A stretch of 32,000 nucleotides of DNA from Alkalilimnicola ehrlichii MLHE-1 (lineage in GTDB: Bacteria; Pseudomonadota; Gammaproteobacteria; Nitrococcales; Halorhodospiraceae), in contig NC_008340.1 of the NCBI RefSeq assembly GCF_000014785.1, forward strand, positions 1,320,001 to 1,352,000, read 5' to 3'. A program made the translations under genes and the position numbers. Under the pieces are notes generated by a model, which saw only the letters and a list, made by a program, of their open reading frames with translations, was not told the origin of the DNA and searched no databases. Shown one piece after another: positions 26,364 to 32,000 of this stretch (positions are counted from its first letter, which is position 1; each line of letters begins with the position of its first letter).

Positions 26364-26918
26364 ATGGCCCTATCCAATGCACCGGTGGACCCGCAGCGGC
26401 TGCCTGCCCTGGAGGCACAGTCCCTCCAGCCGGTCTCGCCCCGATTTGCGCCCTACCAGCTTATCAGCCGGTTTCTCAGCCTGTTGCCACTGGCCTTCCT
26501 GGCGTGGTTGCTGCCGGTGATGACCGGCATGCCCCTGGCCATGCGGCCGGTGCTGCTGGCCGGTGTGGGGTTGCTGCTGGTGGTCTCGCCGGTCCTGGCC
26601 TGGCTGGAGGCGCGCCGCCGCGCCTGGGCCGTGCGCGAGCAGGACGTGACCTACCAGAGCGGCCTGCTGGTCCAGCGGACCACGGTGCTGCCCTTTGTCC
26701 GCATCCAGCATGTGGAGACCGCAAGCAACCCGGTGGAGCGGGCCTTCGGCCTGGTCCGCCTGACCTGTTTCACCGCTGGTGGCGCCGGGGGCGACCTGGT
26801 CATCCAGGGCCTGGAGCGGGACCGGGCCGAGCGCCTGCGTCAGTACCTGCTGGACCGCATCCAGGGCGCCGCGGCGCCGCCGGCCAACGGGGAGACAGGG
26901 GAGGCGGATGGCCGCTGA
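26364..26918 (+). CDS. Bacterial PH-domain membrane protein (YdbS-like)
   Basis: FLSLLPLAFLAWLLPVMTGMP...REQDVTYQSGLLVQRTTVLPFVRIQHVETASNPVERAFGLVRLTCFTAGGAGGDLVIQGLERDRAERLRQYLLDRI. Confidence 0.85.
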   Translation: MALSNAPVDPQRLPALEAQSLQPVSPRFAPYQLISRFLSLLPLAFLAWLLPVMTGMPLAMRPVLLAGVGLLLVVSPVLAWLEARRRAWAVREQDVTYQSGLLVQRTTVLPFVRIQHVETASNPVERAFGLVRLTCFTAGGAGGDLVIQGLERDRAERLRQYLLDRIQGAAAPPANGETGEADGR

Positions 26919-28509
26919 GTTGGAGGGCCCCCCGGTGGGGCAGTGGCAGCGCCTGTCGCCCTGGGCGCTTGCGATCCTGTTCCTGGGCGGGCTGTTCCGT
27001 TTCGTCCGCGAGAATCTGCCGCTGGTGGTCGGTGCCGGTGCCGGCGCGGCCCTGCTGGAGCAGGTGGGCCTGCGCGAGCTGGGCCTGGGCCTGGCCTTGG
27101 TGGGCCTGATCGCCGCGCTGATCAGTCTGCTCTATTACCGGCGGTTCCGCTTTCGCATGGACGGCGATGTGCTGGTGGTGCAGCGCGGCGTGCTGGAGCG
27201 GCGCGAGGTGAAGGTGAGCGCCGAGCGGGTCCAGCATATGGCGTTGGAGCAGCCGGTCTACATGCGCCCCTTTGATGTGGTCCGCTTCAGCCTGGACACA
27301 CCGGGCGGGGCCACCGCCGAGGTGGAGCTGCCGGGCATCCGCCGGGCGGTGGCGGAGGCGCTGCAGGAACGGTTGGAACGGGGCCGGCCGGGGCCCGCCG
27401 TGGAGGGTGCGACCGGGGCGGAGGCGGGGCAGCCCCCGTCGGAGGCGTCGACGGAGACGTTGTTCCGGATCGGCCCCCGTGGCCTCACCCTGCACGGCCT
27501 TGCCAGCAATCATGCCTACGTCATCGCCGCGCTGTTGGCGCCGGTGGTGCAGCCGTTGGAACGCCTGGCCCTGCGCAACCCAGAGCTGCTGGCCGGACTG
27601 CCCTGGCTGGAGGCTGCCGCCGAGTCGCCGGTGTTGGCCCTGGTGCTGACGGTGACGGCCCTGCTGTTGCTCCTGGTGTGCGTCTCGGTGGCTGTGGTCT
27701 GGCTGCGCTTTTTCGGCTTCACCCTGGTGCGCGAGGGCGGCCGCTACCTCCAGTACAGCGGTCTGTTCACCCGTCGCCAACAGACCCTCACGGCGGCGAA
27801 GCTGCAGTCCCTGGAGTGGGTGCAGACGGCGGCGGGCCGGCTGCTGCGCTGCGGTTACCTGGTCTGTCACCAGTACGGGGCCCTACCCGGCGGACCGGAT
27901 ACCGCGGGTCAGCGTTTCCTGGTGCCAGGGTTGAGTCGCCGGGAGGGACGCGCCCTGAGCGAGGTGTTCTGGTCGGGTCTGGGTGCGGACGCGGCGGGCC
28001 GGGGCGGCACTGGGGCGCCGGCCGGGGGCGCCTTCGAGGCGGGCTACCAGCGGGTCCACCGGCTCTACCGCCGGGTGCTGGCGTTGCGGCTGGTGGCCGG
28101 CGCCACCGCGTTGGCCCTGGTGCTGCTGACACTCACCGGCTTCCCCGGCTGGCTGGCCCTGGTGGCGCTGGCCCTGGTGCTGGCCTGGCCGGTGGCCTGG
28201 CTGCGCTGGCGCGCCGTCGCCTGGCGCCGGGCGGGGCGCTTCCTCTGCGTCCGGCGGGGGCTGCTGGGCCGGCGCACCACCCTGTTCCCGCTGGAGAAGG
28301 TCCAGGCGGTGACGGTGCAGCAGAGCTGGGTGCAGCGGCGCCGCGGGCTGGCCACGCTGCGGTTGCAGCTCGCCAGCGGGCCGGTGGTGGTGCCCTTTAT
28401 CCCGCTGGCCACGGCCCACGCGGTCGCCAATGAGGCCCTCTACCGGGTGGTCTTCCGGCCGGATTCAGCCCTTGGGGCCGAGCAGCAGCCAGAGGATCAG
28501 GATTTATAG
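26908..28509 (+). CDS. Bacterial PH-domain membrane protein (YdbT-like)
   Basis: RRFRFRMDGDVLVVQRGVLERREVKVSAERVQHMALEQPVYMRPFDVVRFSLDTPGG... and a later FLCVRRGLLGRRTTLFPLEKVQAVTVQQSWVQRRRGLATLRLQLASG. Overlaps the preceding gene. Confidence 0.85.
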   Translation: MAAELEGPPVGQWQRLSPWALAILFLGGLFRFVRENLPLVVGAGAGAALLEQVGLRELGLGLALVGLIAALISLLYYRRFRFRMDGDVLVVQRGVLERREVKVSAERVQHMALEQPVYMRPFDVVRFSLDTPGGATAEVELPGIRRAVAEALQERLERGRPGPAVEGATGAEAGQPPSEASTETLFRIGPRGLTLHGLASNHAYVIAALLAPVVQPLERLALRNPELLAGLPWLEAAAESPVLALVLTVTALLLLLVCVSVAVVWLRFFGFTLVREGGRYLQYSGLFTRRQQTLTAAKLQSLEWVQTAAGRLLRCGYLVCHQYGALPGGPDTAGQRFLVPGLSRREGRALSEVFWSGLGADAAGRGGTGAPAGGAFEAGYQRVHRLYRRVLALRLVAGATALALVLLTLTGFPGWLALVALALVLAWPVAWLRWRAVAWRRAGRFLCVRRGLLGRRTTLFPLEKVQAVTVQQSWVQRRRGLATLRLQLASGPVVVPFIPLATAHAVANEALYRVVFRPDSALGAEQQPEDQDL

Positions 28510-28523
28510 CGCCGTGTCGCGGA

Positions 28524-29978
28524 TCAGAGCTTGTAGAGTATCCGCATTGCGCCCCAGTGGCGACCATTGACCGTGATCGGCGCCGAGCAGTCGCGCATGA
28601 GCACGAACTTGCCGCCGCCCATGTCGCGGCGGTAGGTCTGGAGTAACCAGGGACGCTGGTTCTTGGCGGCGGTCTGGCCGGTGCGGTCCTTCCACAACCG
28701 CCGGTTGCGGCTGTTGGCGTTGTTCCACTCCCGCTGCCCCGGCCGTTGCGGCTTGGAGACGTGCAGGTTGTGGGTGGGGATGTAGCCGTTGCGGTCGATG
28801 GCGCAGGCCCCGCCGATGGCCGGATCCGATTCTAGGACCGGCTCCTGGATGGGCGGCAGCACGCGGTCGGTGAACTCCACGAAGCGGGTGGTGTACTGCT
28901 GCGGGTCGGTGTTCGGGATCGGGACGTAATCCTCGTCGAACAGGTCCGCCTCGGTGATCTCGCCGCTGCGGATCGCCGCCTCGAAGGCCCGGCTGACCTG
29001 GGCGGCCGTCTCCGTGGCGACACGGATATAGGGGGTGTCCTCGGTCTCCACGTCACTGGCGTTGGCCAGGTTCATCAACTCCTCGACGAAACTGAGCAAC
29101 TGGTTCAGGCGGCTGCCGGCGTCCTCCAGCTTCCGCAGCGAGCCGGTGACGTCATCCGCCATCTCGTTCAGGCCGTCCAGGGTCTGGTCGCTGTAGCGAT
29201 CGATCTCCTGTACGGCGGAGGCGATCCGTGCCGACTCGTTGTCCACGTCACCCATCGCCCGGGCCACGGCATCCAGCACCTCCTGCATGGCGTTGGTGCC
29301 CTTCTCCACCTGCTTCGCCCGCTCGGTGCTCTTGCCGCCGGTGTCGATCAGTCCGCGGGTCTGCTCGGTGAGTTCGTGCAGCGTGCGGTCGATATCGGAG
29401 GTGGCGTCATGGGTCTGTCCGGCCAGGGATTTCACCTCCTCGGCCACCACGGCGAACCCCTGTCCGGCCTCGCCCGCGCGGGCCGCCTCGATGGTGGCGT
29501 TGAGGGCCAGCAGATTGGTCTGCTTGGCGATGGAGCCGATGCCCTTGGCCACCTTGCTCACCCGCACCATGGCGTCGTTGAGCCCGCCCAATTCGGATTC
29601 GATGTCGTGCACCGATTGGCTCAGGTCGCGGATGTCGCCCAGGGCCTTCTGGATGGTCTCGTCGGACCGGCTCATGTCGGCGCGGGCGGCGCCGGAGACG
29701 TGCTGGGCGTTGCGTGCGGCCGAGTCCACCACCTTGTTGGCCTCGGACATGCGCTGGGCGGAGTCGCGCAGTTCCTCGAACAGCGCCACCTCGCGGCGGG
29801 TCTGCTCTTTGATCCCGTCCACGTGCCCGGTGACGTCGGAGGCCTCCAGGCCCAGCTCACTGGTGTGCAGGGAGGTCTGCTTGAGGATCTCCTGGTACTT
29901 CAGATCCTCGTCAGTGACCGCCGGCGCCCGCTGTCCACCGGCCGGCTGGTCCTTGGCCTTGCGCTTGAAGAAAAACAT
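28524..29978 (-). CDS. Soluble methyl-accepting chemotaxis-type protein with C-terminal sensory-like domain
   Basis: Signalling hairpin [50 protein letters not shown], then C-terminal ...[61 protein letters not shown]. No TM segment. Confidence 0.9.
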   Translation of the reverse strand: MFFFKRKAKDQPAGGQRAPAVTDEDLKYQEILKQTSLHTSELGLEASDVTGHVDGIKEQTRREVALFEELRDSAQRMSEANKVVDSAARNAQHVSGAARADMSRSDETIQKALGDIRDLSQSVHDIESELGGLNDAMVRVSKVAKGIGSIAKQTNLLALNATIEAARAGEAGQGFAVVAEEVKSLAGQTHDATSDIDRTLHELTEQTRGLIDTGGKSTERAKQVEKGTNAMQEVLDAVARAMGDVDNESARIASAVQEIDRYSDQTLDGLNEMADDVTGSLRKLEDAGSRLNQLLSFVEELMNLANASDVETEDTPYIRVATETAAQVSRAFEAAIRSGEITEADLFDEDYVPIPNTDPQQYTTRFVEFTDRVLPPIQEPVLESDPAIGGACAIDRNGYIPTHNLHVSKPQRPGQREWNNANSRNRRLWKDRTGQTAAKNQRPWLLQTYRRDMGGGKFVLMRDCSAPITVNGRHWGAMRILYKL

Positions 29979-29999
29979 TGCGTTGCTGCCCCCCCTGAC

Positions 30000-31424
30000 T
30001 CAGTCCGCCGCGTAGATCAGCCGCTGACACCCCCAGTGCCGCCCGCCCACCTTGATGGGCACCGAGACCTCTTTGACCAGGGCATGGTGCCCTTCGCCCA
30101 GATTCAGGCGGTAGGTCTGCAGCAGGAAACGCTCGCGGTTGCGGGTCGCGGCACGGGTCTCGCGGCTGTCCAGCCGTCGCCGATGAAACCGCGGTAGTTC
30201 GGCGCTGTCGTCCGCTGACGGGGCGCGGGCGGCCTCACGGCTTTGTGCCGGCACATACCCGCCCAGGTCGCAGACGAAGGCGGACAGCACCCGGCGCTGG
30301 CGCTGCAGGGCCGGTTCCTGGATGGCCGGCAGCACCCGGTCACAGAACTCGGAGTTGGCGGCGGTGAAACGGGGTGGCGCGGTGTCGGCCTCGCGCTGGT
30401 AGTTCTGATCGAACAGCGCCTGTTCGTTGACACTGCCGCGCTTCAGGCCCTCCTCGAAGGCGGCGGCGGTGTCCGCGGCCAGTTGCTCGGCCAAGCGGAT
30501 ATAGGGCGTGTCGATGGTCTCCACGCCCTCCACGGCCGTTTCGCGGATCAGTAGCTCGGTGTAATGACGCAGCTTCTCCGTCCGTGCCTCAGCCTCCTCC
30601 AATGCATCGTTGGCGTGCCGGACCTCGCTGGTGAGCTCCTCGAGCCCTCCCACCGTCCTGCGGCAGTGCTGGTCGATCTCGCCGACGGACTCATGGATGC
30701 GCCCGGACTCGGTGTCCACGTCCTGCATGGCGCTGCCCACCGTCTCCATGATCTCCTGGATGGCGTGGGTGCCCTCACGCACCGCCTGGGCCTTCTCCGT
30801 GCTCTCGGCACCGCGCCGGATCAGCCGCTCGATGATGTTGGTCAACTCCTCCAGGATCTGATGGATCTCGGAGGTGGCATCCGCCGTTTGCTTGGCCAGC
30901 TCCTTGACGTGCTCCGCCACCACGGCGAAACCGCGGCCCACCTCGCCGGCGCGGGTGGCTTCGATGGTGGCGTTGAGGGCGAGCAGATTGGTTTGCTTGG
31001 CAATGGTGCTGATCTCATTGGCCACCTGGGCCACGCCCTGCAGCGCCTCGTTGAGGCTGCTCAACTGGCCTTCGATATGGGTGACCGACTCGGCCAGCCC
31101 GCGGATCTGCTCCAGCGAGTGGGTGATGGTTGCGCGTGAGCGCTCCACGTCCTTGCCGGCGCTGGCCGCCACGTCGTGGGCGCGGCGGGCGGCTTGGTCG
31201 ACGGTGTCGTTGGCCTCGCTCATGCGCCGCGCGGTGCCCACCAGGTCGGAGAATATGGCCGCCTGGCGCCGGAACAGTTGGGCGACGTGTTCGATGTGGT
31301 TGACAATGTCCACCGCCTCCACACCCACGCCGCTGGTGCGCTCGGCGATCTGCTGGATGACCGAGAAATGGTTCATGGTCACGGAAGGCGTGCGCTCTTC
31401 GTTGTCCTTGACTACCGAAGCCAT
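30000..31424 (-). CDS. Second soluble methyl-accepting chemotaxis-type protein, tandem paralog
   Basis: MASVVKDNEERTPSVTMNHFSVIQQ...[54 protein letters not shown]...; C-terminal ...TRNRERFLLQTYRLNLGEGHHALVKEVSVPIKVGGRHWGCQRLIYAAD. Confidence 0.9.
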   Translation of the reverse strand: MASVVKDNEERTPSVTMNHFSVIQQIAERTSGVGVEAVDIVNHIEHVAQLFRRQAAIFSDLVGTARRMSEANDTVDQAARRAHDVAASAGKDVERSRATITHSLEQIRGLAESVTHIEGQLSSLNEALQGVAQVANEISTIAKQTNLLALNATIEATRAGEVGRGFAVVAEHVKELAKQTADATSEIHQILEELTNIIERLIRRGAESTEKAQAVREGTHAIQEIMETVGSAMQDVDTESGRIHESVGEIDQHCRRTVGGLEELTSEVRHANDALEEAEARTEKLRHYTELLIRETAVEGVETIDTPYIRLAEQLAADTAAAFEEGLKRGSVNEQALFDQNYQREADTAPPRFTAANSEFCDRVLPAIQEPALQRQRRVLSAFVCDLGGYVPAQSREAARAPSADDSAELPRFHRRRLDSRETRAATRNRERFLLQTYRLNLGEGHHALVKEVSVPIKVGGRHWGCQRLIYAAD

Positions 31425-31839
31425 GGTCGGCTCCCCCTGGTCCCGTCGTCGTCGTCGTTGTTTGTTGTGGTTGTAATACCTTGCCCGTAGATGACGGCGG
31501 TGGGTGGGAAAACTTGAGCCCAACGGCCGGCGCAGGTGGATTAATACGTTGGCAGGGCAAAGGGTAAAGCCACCGGGGCGGCAGGGAAAGCCCCGGCGGG
31601 CCTGCCACGGCGGTTCCGCATTGCCGGCAATGGCCACCGGTCAAGCCCGTATCGGGTGGGTAAGCGATGGTATAATCTCCGGCCGATTGAGACAGTCCAC
31701 GAGTCAGGCCCCCATCTGTGATAGCCGAGTGTCTGAGTAACCGTCGTGCTCCCGGCGCGGTCCGCGAGGATCGGTGCGTCCCGGTGGTCCGGCCGGCGCG
31801 GTGCCGTGTGGCAGGTCGGGGGGCGGCCCCGGGTGACCG

Positions 31840-32000
31840 ATGGTGAAGCGATCACGTCAGAGCCGGCGCAGGGCCACCGGGCGGGGGCGCCCCGGGCGTT
31901 TGAAGCGCTGGGGCGCGCGTCTGCTGGGCCTGCTGGTCACGGTCGCCCTGGTGGCGGTGGGCCTGCTGGCCTTGTACGCCAAGTCGCTGGAGCCGGAGCT
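31840..32000 (+). CDS. N-terminus of a membrane-anchored protein (basic head plus single TM), truncated by the window edge
   Basis: Open reading MVKRSRQSRRRATGRGRPGRLKRWGARLLGLLVTVALVAVGLLALYAKSLEPEL... to the end of the window; a GTG at 31833 is out of frame. Confidence 0.5.
   Translation, partial: MVKRSRQSRRRATGRGRPGRLKRWGARLLGLLVTVALVAVGLLALYAKSLEPE

Noticed and set aside
31671-31676. TATAAT promoter -10 upstream of the last gene
   Set aside because: Good -10 hexamer but no convincing -35 at 16-18 bp, so not listed as a feature.
1-32000. CRISPR array, tRNA or rRNA
   Set aside because: No short regularly spaced repeats and no tRNA/rRNA-like sequence noticed when reading the window; not tested with a dedicated tool.

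Overview
GC-rich gammaproteobacterial-type window with two accessory regions and several housekeeping loci. (1) 1-5.1 kb: an IS1634-like transposase gene running off the left edge, then four co-directional minus-strand genes that look like integron gene cassettes. Three attC-like sites (about 2164-2222, 3617-3664, 4370-4428) separate them, stop codons fall inside the attC R'' boxes, and one site has the offset (extrahelical-base) arm pairing typical of attC. No integrase is visible. The cassettes carry a NERD-domain protein, an overlapping pair (297 aa soluble + 158 aa membrane protein, a possible defense module) and an unknown 216 aa protein. An IS91-family transposase remnant follows. (2) 5.2-12.3 kb: a Sel1-repeat protein divergent from pstC-pstA-pstB-phoU, with Pho boxes facing both ways in the intergenic region and a palindromic repeat element between pstB and phoU. 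(3) 12.4-22.4 kb: an orphan VgrG island on the minus strand: vgrG - DUF4123 adaptor - large effector (frameshifted) - Sel1 protein with signal peptide - orphan effector C-terminal module - second Sel1 protein. The effector C-terminus plus Sel1 unit is tandemly duplicated at an offset of about 2.65-2.69 kb. (4) 22.5-32 kb: Yip1-like protein, Spy/CpxP-like protein divergent from an OmpR-type two-component system, two PH-domain (YdbS/YdbT-like) proteins, two tandem soluble chemotaxis-type receptors, and the start of another membrane protein. All family assignments come from recognising sequence motifs; no database search was run.
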